Below are positions 55,145-64,000 of a stretch of 64,000 nt of DNA, in pieces. The stretch covers positions 1,199,104 through 1,263,103 of the forward strand of contig CAVRYD010000011.1 in assembly GCA_963725335.1 (NCBI GenBank). The letters run 5' to 3'. The notes beneath the pieces are model-generated. The model was not told the origin of the DNA, did not search any database, and was given only the letters and a program-made list of their open reading frames with translations. Made by a program: the position numbers and the translations under genes. Within the stretch, counting starts at the first letter, position 1. Each line of letters begins with the position of its first letter. The DNA comes from an uncultured Acidobacteriota bacterium. Its GTDB lineage: Bacteria > Acidobacteriota > Vicinamibacteria > Vicinamibacterales > 2-12-FULL-66-21.

Positions 55145-57850
55145 CTAACGTTTCAGCAGCGCCGTCCAGTTCTGCACGACGGTGATTCTTGACGAGACCC
55201 GCTCGCCGGCCGCGACGCTCATCAGGAATCGCTGACCATCTGGTGATACGTCGTATCCCAGGTAGCGCGCGCGATTGCGAAACCCGGTCTCTCTGTTGAT
55301 CGGAAACAGTCGGACGGGGTCGCCGGCCTTGAGTGTCGGCTTGAGTTCGATCGGCACCATCATGACTGCTTTCCCGTCGGCGGTCACGTAGAACAGTTCC
55401 CGCCCATCGGCTCGCCATCGCGGCGCCAGGCCTCCTTCTGTCGACACCCTGATTTTCCTGCCGGGTCCTTGAAACGGAGCGATGGACACCTCGGATCGGC
55501 CCGATTCATCAGATACATACGCCATCCAGTGCGAGTCGGGAGAGAACCTCGCGCCCCACTCGTTAAAGCGTGTGTTCAGGATCGGTCGGCCCTTGGGCTC
55601 CCCGTCGAGCGACAAGATCCACAAATCGTTCCCGGTCTCTCGGCTGCCGTCGGTGTACACCAGCCACTGACCGTCCCGCGACCAATCATCGGGTGTTTGA
55701 AATCCCACCTGAACCCATAGCACGTCTTCTGGCCCCATACCGTCGGACCTCTTCCTGAAGAAGTCCGATGAGGCATCTTTCCCGACTCCACGATCCGAGC
55801 CGAAGATGATGCGTTGCCCGTCGCGCGACCATACGGGCATCGTCTCGTCGTTCAGGTCGGTCGTGAAGGGCGTGGCGAGCCGGCGACCAAAGTGATACAT
55901 CCAGATGTCTGACGTTCCTTGGTGCGGATCGACGACTTCGACGGCAACCTGTCCGCCATCGGGGGAGATTCGCAGGTTGCCGAATCGCTGCGGAGTCCAA
56001 ATCGACCCAAGAGGCGATCCGTCGCGGGCAAGCCACACGAGTTCGAGCGATCCTGCGCCGCCGTGATAGGCCAACACTCCCGCGTCTGACAGGGAGAACG
56101 CGGCGCTGCCGGTCGAGCGATAGTAATCGACGTCCTCCGCGATCCGCACCGGCTCCCCGGTGAGCCGCAGGGCGTTCTCATCGAACTGTTGGGCCAGGAG
56201 CGCCCCTTCGTGCACATACAGCACCCATCCCGACCGGTCGTACACCATTCGCGAGTTCAGGCGTTTGATCTCTTTTCGTTCGTCTGAATCGAGGGAGGCT
56301 GCATACACAATCGGAGTGATTCTGCGGCCATCCGGTCCAAGTGCCGTTGCCGTATAGAGGAACTGTCGGCCGTTGGGCAGCATGCTTGGCCAGTAGTGAT
56401 TGAGCTCGCGCTCAGAGGCATTCACGTGTGTTGACGCTACAGGCGTGCCGCCCTCCCCCGACACCCGGTAGATGCCTTTGCGAAATTCGGTGAAGAGAAT
56501 CGTGCCGTCAGCTGCCCATACGGGGAGCCCAGAATTGACGGCGGCGCAAATCGCCCGAGGCGGCCCGCCTGAGGTTTCGACTTTCTTCAGCAGCCCTTCG
56601 CCTGGCGAGAAGAATCCAATAAAGCGGCTGTCCGGGGACCAGAACGGCGACGTTGCGCCGTCGGTGCCGTCGAGCAAGCGAGCCGTCACCGAATCGAACG
56701 GCTGTACCCAGAGCTGATCGCGGCCTCCACTTGTCGCAACGAACGCCAGCTGCCGGCCGTCAGGCGACACCGCTACACGTGTCTCGGCGCGAGCGCCACC
56801 GAGTGTCGTCCCCGCAGGGAGTTGCACGACAAACCTAGTGATCGCGGCTGGCGGTTTTGGTCGGAGCAGAAGACTTGCTCCCAGGCCCACGAGGCTCATC
56901 ACTGCGAGCGCGGTTGCGCTCCAGCCGAGGACTGCTCGTCGCGGACGATTGCGCGCGGCGCGTTCCTGCCGCGGATCGTTTCCGTCAGCGAGCCAGTCAA
57001 TCGCCGCCTTCAGATCGCGTGCCGTCTGCCAGCGCTCGTCGGGATTCTTGGCCAGACACCGCTCGGCGAGGTAATCAAGCGACTTCGGCAGCCCGTCGTG
57101 CGGCTGTGCCTGGCGAGCCGCGGAGATCGCGGGAGGGTGCGCGGTCAGGATGGAGGCGATGATGCTTGCCTGGCTATCGCCGTCGAATGCTTTCCGGCCC
57201 GTCGCCATCTCGTAGAGCAGCGTCCCGAAAGCGAAGATGTCAGTGCGCGCGTCGGCTTCCTTTCCCTCGAGTTGTTCCGGCGCCATGTATTGGACGGTGC
57301 CAATGACCGTGCCCTCAGCCGTCGCTTTGCGGTGATCGAACGATGCGGTCGACAGCAATCCCGTGGACGCGAGCAGGGGAGCCTTGGCAAGCCCGAAGTC
57401 GAGCAGCTTTGCGCCTGAACGCGTCAGCATCACGTTGCTCGGTTTCAGGTCGCGATGCACGATGTGCTCGCGGTGGGCGCAATCGAGCGCATCCGCGATT
57501 TGCCCGCCGAAGCGCAACACTTCACCCGACTCGAGCGCGCCCTTCGTCAATCGATCGTCGAGCGTCTCGCCATCCACGTACTCCATCACGATGAAGATGC
57601 GATCGTCATGCTCGCCGACGTCGTACAGCGTGCAAATGTGCGGGTGGTTGAGTGAGGAGATGGCGCGCGCTTCGATTTCCAGACGGTGACGGCGGTCGGG
57701 ACGGTCTGCGGAGTCGGGGGGCAGCAGCTTGATGGCGACGACGCGATTGAGGCGCGTGTCGCGCGCTTTGTAGACCTGGCCCATCCCTCCTGCGCCAATC
57801 AGGGAGAGGATTTCGTACGGGCCGAGTCGGGCGCCGGCTGTCAGCGTCAT
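55145..57850 (-). CDS. Hanks-type Ser/Thr kinase with transmembrane helix and TolB/PD40 beta-propeller
   Basis: IGAGGMGQVY; VAIK; HRDLKPSN; DFGLAK; YMAPEQ; transmembrane helix; repeated SPDG/WSxDG motifs. Confidence 0.93.
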   Translation of the reverse strand: MTLTAGARLGPYEILSLIGAGGMGQVYKARDTRLNRVVAIKLLPPDSADRPDRRHRLEIEARAISSLNHPHICTLYDVGEHDDRIFIVMEYVDGETLDDRLTKGALESGEVLRFGGQIADALDCAHREHIVHRDLKPSNVMLTRSGAKLLDFGLAKAPLLASTGLLSTASFDHRKATAEGTVIGTVQYMAPEQLEGKEADARTDIFAFGTLLYEMATGRKAFDGDSQASIIASILTAHPPAISAARQAQPHDGLPKSLDYLAERCLAKNPDERWQTARDLKAAIDWLADGNDPRQERAARNRPRRAVLGWSATALAVMSLVGLGASLLLRPKPPAAITRFVVQLPAGTTLGGARAETRVAVSPDGRQLAFVATSGGRDQLWVQPFDSVTARLLDGTDGATSPFWSPDSRFIGFFSPGEGLLKKVETSGGPPRAICAAVNSGLPVWAADGTILFTEFRKGIYRVSGEGGTPVASTHVNASERELNHYWPSMLPNGRQFLYTATALGPDGRRITPIVYAASLDSDERKEIKRLNSRMVYDRSGWVLYVHEGALLAQQFDENALRLTGEPVRIAEDVDYYRSTGSAAFSLSDAGVLAYHGGAGSLELVWLARDGSPLGSIWTPQRFGNLRISPDGGQVAVEVVDPHQGTSDIWMYHFGRRLATPFTTDLNDETMPVWSRDGQRIIFGSDRGVGKDASSDFFRKRSDGMGPEDVLWVQVGFQTPDDWSRDGQWLVYTDGSRETGNDLWILSLDGEPKGRPILNTRFNEWGARFSPDSHWMAYVSDESGRSEVSIAPFQGPGRKIRVSTEGGLAPRWRADGRELFYVTADGKAVMMVPIELKPTLKAGDPVRLFPINRETGFRNRARYLGYDVSPDGQRFLMSVAAGERVSSRITVVQNWTALLKR

Positions 57851-57866
57851 GTCTTTCGTCGTGAAG

Positions 57867-57931
57867 CCTACGGAAAACCCGGCGAACGCCCACGGCTCGC
57901 CAAAGACTCGGTCGCGCAGAGCCCTCATATT
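57867..57931 (+). promoter_or_regulatory. 11-bp phased repeats plus -10-like CATATT upstream of the carboxylesterase
   Basis: CCTACGGA 57867, degenerate unit 57878, CCCACGGC 57889, CCAAAGAC 57900, 18 nt, then CATATT. Confidence 0.5.
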
Positions 57932-57962
57932 ACGCCCACCAAAGCTGAATGAGGAGGGCGAG

Positions 57963-59606
57963 ATGAGGCCATTTGTGAAGATGTTTGCGCTGGTGATCGC
58001 GTGCGCAGTCGTGGGTCATCTGACAACGCGCGCCGCTCACACCCAGGCGGCGTCATGTCTGGTTACGACCGGCCAGGGAGACGTGCAGGGGCTGACGAGC
58101 GGCGGATCCTGCGCCTTTCTGGGTATTCCGTATGCCGCTCCGCCGGTGGCAGGTCTCAGGTGGAAACGACCGCAGGCGGCGGCCGCCTGGGCGCCTGCGG
58201 TGCTGAATGCGACGATCCCGCCGGCGACCTGCGCGCAGTTGAACAATGCGACCGGTGTGCCGCAAGGGTCGGAAGACTGTCTCAGGTTGACTGTCTGGAC
58301 GCCGAACCCGTTGCCGTCCAACGCGCCCGTGATCGTGTGGTTCCATGGGGGCTCGTTCGTGAATGCGTCAGCGAACTTTGCTCCGCAGAACGGCATGGCG
58401 CTCGCGGCCTCCACAGGTACGATCGTCGTCGCCCCCAACTATCGCCTCGGTCCATTTGGATACCTGGGACACGCAGCGCTTGCGACGGAGGACTCCGCGG
58501 CTGGCAACTACGGTCTGCTCGATCAACGCGCGGCGCTCATGTGGGTCCGCGATCAGATTGCCGCATTCGGCGGGGATTCCGGCAACGTGACGATTGCCGG
58601 TCAGTCCGCCGGAGGGCACAGCGTTGGTCTTCATCTCGTGTCACCGGGAAGCGCCGGACTGTTTCATCGCGCCATCATGCAGAGCGGATTCGCGTCCGTC
58701 CGCTGGCGCACGGCGGACGATGCGCGGACCCAGGGAGATGAGTTAGCGGCGGCGCTCGGTTGCACGAATGCCGATCCGGCGGCGCTCGTCGCGTGCCTGC
58801 GCTCGAAGAGTCAGAACGCCGTGCTTCTGGCTCGGCCGCCTGCGCTGGCCGAGCAATTCACCGAGACCGGACGATCGCAGTGGACGCCGATCGTCGACGG
58901 ACTCGAGATTCCCGATCAGCCGCGCGCGCTCTACGAGCAGGGCACGTTCAGCCAAGTGCCCGTCATCTTGGGAGCAAATCGTGACGAGGGCTGGACGTTC
59001 ACGACGCGGAGCTTTGCGTCAACGATGACCGAAGAGGATTACGAGCGCGCGATATACACGGAGTTCGACGGCGATGCGCCGGCGATTCTGGCCGAGTACC
59101 CTGCGGCTGCGTTTGCGACGCCGAGGGATGCGCTAGTGCAGCTCGTCGGCGATGTGGAGTATGTGTGCGAGGCGCGGCGCGTCGCTCGTCTCATCGAGGC
59201 GACCAAAACGCCCGTCTATCTCTACTCGTTCGAGTACGAAGTCGATCCGGTCGTTCCCGATCGAGTCGCGCACGGCATGGAGGTGAACTTCGTGTTCGGC
59301 AACAGTTTCGGTCCGCCGCTGTTTCCAGCCTACACGCTGGGTCCAGCGGACTTATCGCTTTCGCACGCGATGAGCGCGTACTGGACTCGCTTTGCGAACA
59401 CCGGCTCACCGAACATCGACGATGACAGCGTCGTCGAGTGGCCGGCGTTCAAGGACCCAAACGGGTTGGGCAGAGGCGCGAACAAGTATCTGATCTTCGA
59501 TGGGCAGATTCGTGAGGCCAAGCGGCTGCACGAGGAGCAGTGCGATTTCTGGGAGCCGTACTTCTTCAGGTCGGTGACAGGGTCGGTGCCGGCAGCTGTT
59601 CGTTAA
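57963..59606 (+). CDS. Type-B carboxylesterase, exported
   Basis: FLGIPYAAPP; SEDCL; WFHGGSF; NYRLG; GQSAGG; signal peptide; GGAGG RBS. Confidence 0.92.
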   Translation: MRPFVKMFALVIACAVVGHLTTRAAHTQAASCLVTTGQGDVQGLTSGGSCAFLGIPYAAPPVAGLRWKRPQAAAAWAPAVLNATIPPATCAQLNNATGVPQGSEDCLRLTVWTPNPLPSNAPVIVWFHGGSFVNASANFAPQNGMALAASTGTIVVAPNYRLGPFGYLGHAALATEDSAAGNYGLLDQRAALMWVRDQIAAFGGDSGNVTIAGQSAGGHSVGLHLVSPGSAGLFHRAIMQSGFASVRWRTADDARTQGDELAAALGCTNADPAALVACLRSKSQNAVLLARPPALAEQFTETGRSQWTPIVDGLEIPDQPRALYEQGTFSQVPVILGANRDEGWTFTTRSFASTMTEEDYERAIYTEFDGDAPAILAEYPAAAFATPRDALVQLVGDVEYVCEARRVARLIEATKTPVYLYSFEYEVDPVVPDRVAHGMEVNFVFGNSFGPPLFPAYTLGPADLSLSHAMSAYWTRFANTGSPNIDDDSVVEWPAFKDPNGLGRGANKYLIFDGQIREAKRLHEEQCDFWEPYFFRSVTGSVPAAVR

Positions 59607-59830
59607 TCCGGCCTGCGAGCTCGACCGTTGTGGCTCAGCATCTGGTCTTTCGGAGAGAACGCCACTGTGTCTCGGCAACTCCGCATGCACGCATCCAACG
59701 CCGCGATCTCCTGAGCGCGAATACGCGCACCCGAGGTCACACATTCGGCAAGGAATGTCTCTTTGTCGGTTGTTCCCTGTCTGAGGTCCACCTGGGCCGG
59801 CGCAGTTCGATCGACCCTTGGAGGCGAGCC

Positions 59831-60531
59831 ATGAATAGACCGCTTCGTTTCCTTGTTGCCGCAGCCATTCTGGGAACGGGCGTTCCGGGTGGCGTCAGCG
59901 GACCCTGTCACCATCACGTCCGGTTTCATTTCCATACCGGCCAACTTTTCTAGTCCAATCCAAGTGGAGGGAACGGGACTGGGTCCTGCCCTTTTCGTTG
60001 ATGGCATTCATCCCATCTGATAGTGCCATCGGGTGTCGGGGATGCCATCCATGTTTACCGACCGCGACGACCATCTCGCTCGGAATCGGCAGCTTCCTGG
60101 AGTTCGGCACGGTCACGTATGGCAATGACCATTACACCGTGGGTGGCATGGCCGACACGTCCGGCAGCGTCCTTCTCCGAATCGCTGGATCTGCGCTGCT
60201 TCCTCCGGCCCCCTCAACAATAAACGAGCTGGCCACCGTCACGGGACTTTTTGAAGTGGTTCCCAACAGCCAGTTCAGTCCGCCCATCAGCGGAGGACCA
60301 TTCGGGCCCGGCAACGACTTGCGAGGGTCCGGCACGGCGACCGTGTCGTTGTTCGCGGAAGAACCGACGGCTGGCTTGCTGGTTTGGAGTTTACGGTCCG
60401 CCGACTACCAATTCGCCAACCAGGCGCCGATCCCGGAACCTGCGTCGTTCGTGCTGCTTGCGTCAGGGTTGGCGGGACTGGCGATGCAGCGCCGCAGGAG
60501 GCGGCTAGCTGACGCACATCGGACAGCCTAG
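59831..60531 (+). CDS. PEP-CTERM sorting domain protein, copy 1 (frameshifted 5' part)
   Basis: Signal peptide; ADPVTITSG; C-terminal IPEPASFVLLASGLAGLAMQRRRRR. Confidence 0.85.
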
Positions 60532-60607
60532 GAGCGGTAGTCACCTCCGTGAGAGTTCCCGTTCGTGGTAGAGAGCAGAGCAGTTCCTGGCCGATGGCCT
60601 TAAGGTT

Positions 60608-60982
60608 TCAGTCGGTTCCCCAGGGGTTGTCGATCACGAAGCGCCACGAGCCGTCTGCTTGACGACGCAGAACATCCCCGTTGCGGCCAGTCAGCGTCAC
60701 GGGTTTGCCATCTGATCCGGTTCCGGTGAATGACCAGACGCCAGCGACCAGGGCTAATCCACCTGCCTCGAGGACGCGTGTCACTTTGAGGTCGAGGGTG
60801 CCCTTCATCGCAATGAAGGCTGCCAGTGATTCACGAACACCCGCTAAGCCGTGAGCAAGGCTGCCCGGCTGAGGCGCAAACGCGGCCTCTGGCTCGTAGA
60901 GGGTCATGAGCGCATCGAGATTGCCCGAGTTGATTCCGTCAACGATCGATTTGAGGAGTTGCTCAGGCGTTTCTCTGGACAT
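60608..60982 (-). CDS. NTF2/SnoaL-like (YybH/DUF4440) protein
   Basis: INSGNLDALMTLYEPEA; DVLRRQADGSWRFVIDNPWG. Confidence 0.88.
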   Translation of the reverse strand: MSRETPEQLLKSIVDGINSGNLDALMTLYEPEAAFAPQPGSLAHGLAGVRESLAAFIAMKGTLDLKVTRVLEAGGLALVAGVWSFTGTGSDGKPVTLTGRNGDVLRRQADGSWRFVIDNPWGTD

Positions 60983-61335
60983 TACATCCTTCTCTCTCTG
61001 CGCTTGCGCGCGAATGTTTCAGACTAATCCTGCACCGAACCCGTCCTGGCGCGCTGGTTCGCTAGCAAGTTGATAGCTTGCCCGGTCCGCATCTTTCAGC
61101 TCGGTTGGCTCGCGGTTATGCTCGATGGACCGGCTGTAACCATACTCCCTTTGGGGTTCACAGATGAGCCCGTGTTCGTTGGTACTTCGCGTGCACGCCA
61201 ACCGACGCCGTCATCGCCTCGGCGCGAATACACGCAGCCGAGGTCCCACATTCGGCAAGGAAAGTCTCTTTGTCGGTTGTTACCCTATCTAATCCTCTTG
61301 GGCCAGGGCAGTTCGATCGCGTTTGGAGGGGAGCC

Positions 61336-62045
61336 ATGAATCGACCGCTTCGTTTTCTGGTTGCCGCCGCGACCATTCTAGGAGCGAGCGTTCCACGGGT
61401 GGCGTTGGCGGACCCTGTGACCATCACGTCCGGTTTCATTTTCCTACCGGCCAGTACGGTCTTCAGTCCAATCCAATTGGAGGGAACGGACGGGGTCCTG
61501 CCCTTTTCGTTCACCGGAGCCATCTCCCCCGATTCGAACATAGCGGTGCGGTTCTGCACTCCATGCTCACAGACCGCGACCAGCATCTCGGTCGAGATCA
61601 ACACGACCGGCATGGACCTGCCTGGCATCGTGCTCTACGGAGATGACAATTACGGCGTTGGCGGTCTCGCGGACACGGTCGGCAGCGTCGCTCTCCATCT
61701 CGATGGATCTGCGCTGCTTCCTCCCGCCCCGTCAATAACGAACCAGCTGGCCACCGTCACGGCACCTTTTGAAGTCGTTCCCACCAGCCGTTTCAGCCCG
61801 CCCATCAGCGGAGGACCATTCGGGCCCGGCAATACCCTGCGCGGGTCCGGCACGGCGACCGTGTCATTGTTCGCGGAAGAGCCGAGGACTGGCTTGCTGG
61901 TCTGGAGTCTACAGTCAGCCGATACCACTTCGCCGACCAGGCGCCGATCCCGGAACCGGCGTCGTTCGTGCTGCTGGTGTCAGGGTTGGCGGGACTGGCG
62001 ATGCAGCGCCGCAGGAGGCGGCAGGCAGCTGACGCGCTGCGGTGA
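61336..62045 (+). CDS. PEP-CTERM sorting domain protein, copy 2 (frameshift just before the PEP motif)
   Basis: Paralogue of copy 1 (shares FSPPISGGPFGPGN.LRGSGTATVSLFAEEP); IPEPASFVLLVSGLAGLAMQRRRR in the shifted frame. Confidence 0.85.
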
Positions 62046-62214
62046 GGCTAGTCGGAGTGCGGGAGTCCCGACGATTCAAGCGCCGGCCGAGCCGAGTGGC
62101 CGATTGCAGCCGCGTGTTCCGACTTCTATTCCACCGAGTTGCACAAGACTACGCGCGCCACAATTTGTCATCTTGTCATCGTCTCAGCGGAACGGCAACA
62201 AACGCTAGGCCCGG

Positions 62215-62359
62215 TCGTTCTCAACGGCCCTTTGGTATGAGGTATCCATACGACGTGACGGCAGACGGGCACCGTTTCCTCGTCATCGAGCAGATCAAAA
62301 GTGGCGCGACGGGCATAATGACTCTAACGCTCGACTGGACGGAGATGCTGCGCCGTTAG
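62215..62359 (+). pseudogene. C-terminal remnant of a kinase-PD40-type gene
   Basis: YDVTADGHRFLV...LTLDWTEMLRR* parallels the end of the 55145-57850 kinase (YDVSPDGQRFLM...VVQNWTALLKR*). Confidence 0.65.
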
Positions 62360-62637
62360 GGATCAAGACTATCGCGGTACAATCAACAAGAGGATCATTC
62401 GCTCGTGTCCAGCCTCGAGTGAACGACAACCAGAGGGGTCGTTGTTCGCGACAATGTTCCTTCGCCTCAAATGGATGATGCTCAGAAGCGCGACATCTTC
62501 TACAACAACGCCGCGCACTTCCTTCTTCTCAGCAGGGAAGTCATTGCACGGCACCATTTGTTCTGAATCAGGTCCTGAGATATCGCGAGCGTTGACTATC
62601 CAATACGTATCGCCGATATGTATCTAGGGAGGGGATC

Positions 62638-64000
62638 ATGAAGAAGATCGTCGGGAGTCAAGCTGTGCCGAGGCGCTACCGGATCGTGGGCCTGCTCGTC
62701 GCGGTCGCGGTCGTAGCGGCCGTTGGGGGCGCTACGAGCCGTACCGCCCCGGCGGTACTACCGGCTCTACCGAACACCGTTCAGCAGTGGAACAAGATCG
62801 CTGAGGATACGGTCGTCGGGTCGGGAGCCTTCCAGGGCGAAGGCGAGGTCTACATGAGTTACACGGCGACAGCTGTCTACGACGCAGTCGTTGCCATCGA
62901 GGGAGGTTACGAGCCGTACGGTCCTGGAGTCAGCGCCACTGCGGGTGCCTCCGTCGACTGCGCTGTGGTCGAGGCCGCGTACCGCACGCTGCTCCACTAC
63001 TTCCAGTCCAATGCGGCCTTGGTTACGAACCTCAACGGTTACTACTCCGACGCACTCTCGAACCTGAACGGATGCACAGCCGATGGCGGAGAGGGAACGA
63101 GTGTTGGATCGGCTGCCGCGAACAGCATCATCGCCCTTCGTACGGGCGATGGGCGCATGACCCCGATTGGTACGACGTCGCCGTTCGAGACGAAGAGCCC
63201 AGGCCCAGGAGTGTGGCGTCTCACTCCGCCATTCGCCGCCCCACAGACGCCGTGGCTAGGGTCGGTGCAACCGTTTCTGCTGAAGAGCCCTGGTCAGTTT
63301 CAAACGGAGCCGCCGCCTCCACTTACGAGCCAGCAATGGGTTCAGGGATTCAACGAGGTTAAGGCGTACGGCGAGGCAGGGAATAACACGCCTCGAACCA
63401 CGGAGCAGACTGCGATCGCGCGTTTCTGGACAGCGAACGTGATCCGACAGTTCAACATCGCCGCCCGCGATCTCGCGACCGGTCACTCGCTCAACCTGCT
63501 TGAGACGGCGCGGCTGTTCGCCATGGTCAACACGGTGAGCGCGGACGCTCTGATGTCGGTGCTCAACTCCAAGTACCGATTCCTCTTCTGGCGGCCTGTG
63601 ACCGCGATCAACCCTACGGCGGTGACGGCGGACAGCTTCGGGCCGGTACCTGGATTCGATGACGGCAATCCAAGGACCATCGAAGATCCCGTTTGGCAGC
63701 CACTCGTCGCGACGCCCAACCATCCCGAGTACCCGGGGGCCCACGGCACGAACACGTCCGCTATGGCCGAGGTCTTCAGCGAATTCCTGGGCACCGACAA
63801 CATCGATCTCGACATCCGCGGCTTCAGCGCCGGCGGCGCAGCCGGGAACCTCGACGCCGTTCGTCACTTCGACACCACGGATCAACTCAGAACCGAGATC
63901 GTCGATGCGCGGCTCTGGGGCGGCATCCACTATCGCTTCTCAACCGCGGCGGGCGTGCAGCTCGGCCGCATGGTCGCGCACTACGGTCTCAATCACGCAT
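62638..64000 (+). CDS. Vanadium-dependent haloperoxidase/PAP2 family protein, exported; runs off the window end
   Basis: Missing from the ORF track. GGAGG RBS; signal peptide; VQQWN; AVYDAV; KYRFLFWRP; HPEYPGAH; ARLWGGIHYR. Confidence 0.88.
   Translation, partial: MKKIVGSQAVPRRYRIVGLLVAVAVVAAVGGATSRTAPAVLPALPNTVQQWNKIAEDTVVGSGAFQGEGEVYMSYTATAVYDAVVAIEGGYEPYGPGVSATAGASVDCAVVEAAYRTLLHYFQSNAALVTNLNGYYSDALSNLNGCTADGGEGTSVGSAAANSIIALRTGDGRMTPIGTTSPFETKSPGPGVWRLTPPFAAPQTPWLGSVQPFLLKSPGQFQTEPPPPLTSQQWVQGFNEVKAYGEAGNNTPRTTEQTAIARFWTANVIRQFNIAARDLATGHSLNLLETARLFAMVNTVSADALMSVLNSKYRFLFWRPVTAINPTAVTADSFGPVPGFDDGNPRTIEDPVWQPLVATPNHPEYPGAHGTNTSAMAEVFSEFLGTDNIDLDIRGFSAGGAAGNLDAVRHFDTTDQLRTEIVDARLWGGIHYRFSTAAGVQLGRMVAHYGLNHA

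Noticed and set aside
59745-59762. Sigma-54 promoter or c-di-GMP riboswitch upstream of the PEP-CTERM genes
   Set aside because: GG-N10 is followed by CT rather than GC, and the GEMM consensus elements are absent.
63256-63930. 224-aa minus-strand ORF and the many other long antisense ORFs in the track
   Set aside because: These are shadow frames of real genes in high-GC DNA and carry no recognisable motifs.
49329-64000. Prophage or integrative element
   Set aside because: No integrase, transposase, tRNA attachment site or phage structural genes are visible in the window.

Overview
This is a GC-rich bacterial window. Its gene repertoire (Oar-type TonB receptors, a DUF1592/DUF1552 pair, a Ser/Thr kinase with a TolB-like propeller, PEP-CTERM proteins) suggests Acidobacteriota, probably Vicinamibacteria; this is inference. 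Most genes from about 2 to 52 kb are split by single-base indels, including housekeeping ones, which points to uncorrected long-read errors, so genes were reassembled across frames. The layout is: the tail of a polysaccharide-type operon (0-3 kb); a sugar-utilisation-like locus with MFS, DUF1592/DUF1552, rhaM, cutC, TBDR, PQQ dehydrogenase and esterase (3.5-16.5 kb); an M13 peptidase and an asparaginase; an orf-addB-addA operon behind a phased DnaA-box-like array (20-28 kb); a cluster of micro-proteins and Zn-ribbons with sigma-54-like promoters, DnaJ-like and Mrp genes; core genes including an M16 pair, amidase, pyk, nhaA, VIT1, LOG and NamZ (32-49 kb); and an accessory signalling and surface region (49-64 kb). 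The best candidate for a new system is a convergent wHTH-FHA regulator and membrane Ser/Thr kinase pair. Its two outward-facing neighbours, a TBDR followed by a CHASE2/HD-GYP gene and a carboxylesterase, share the same promoter architecture: 11-bp phased repeats, an 18-nt spacer, then YATATT. Also notable are a 360-bp heptamer element with 34-bp terminal inverted repeats that supplies the stop codons of both flanking genes, and duplicated PEP-CTERM genes with a conserved leader. I saw no rRNA, tRNA, CRISPR array, integrase or transposase.
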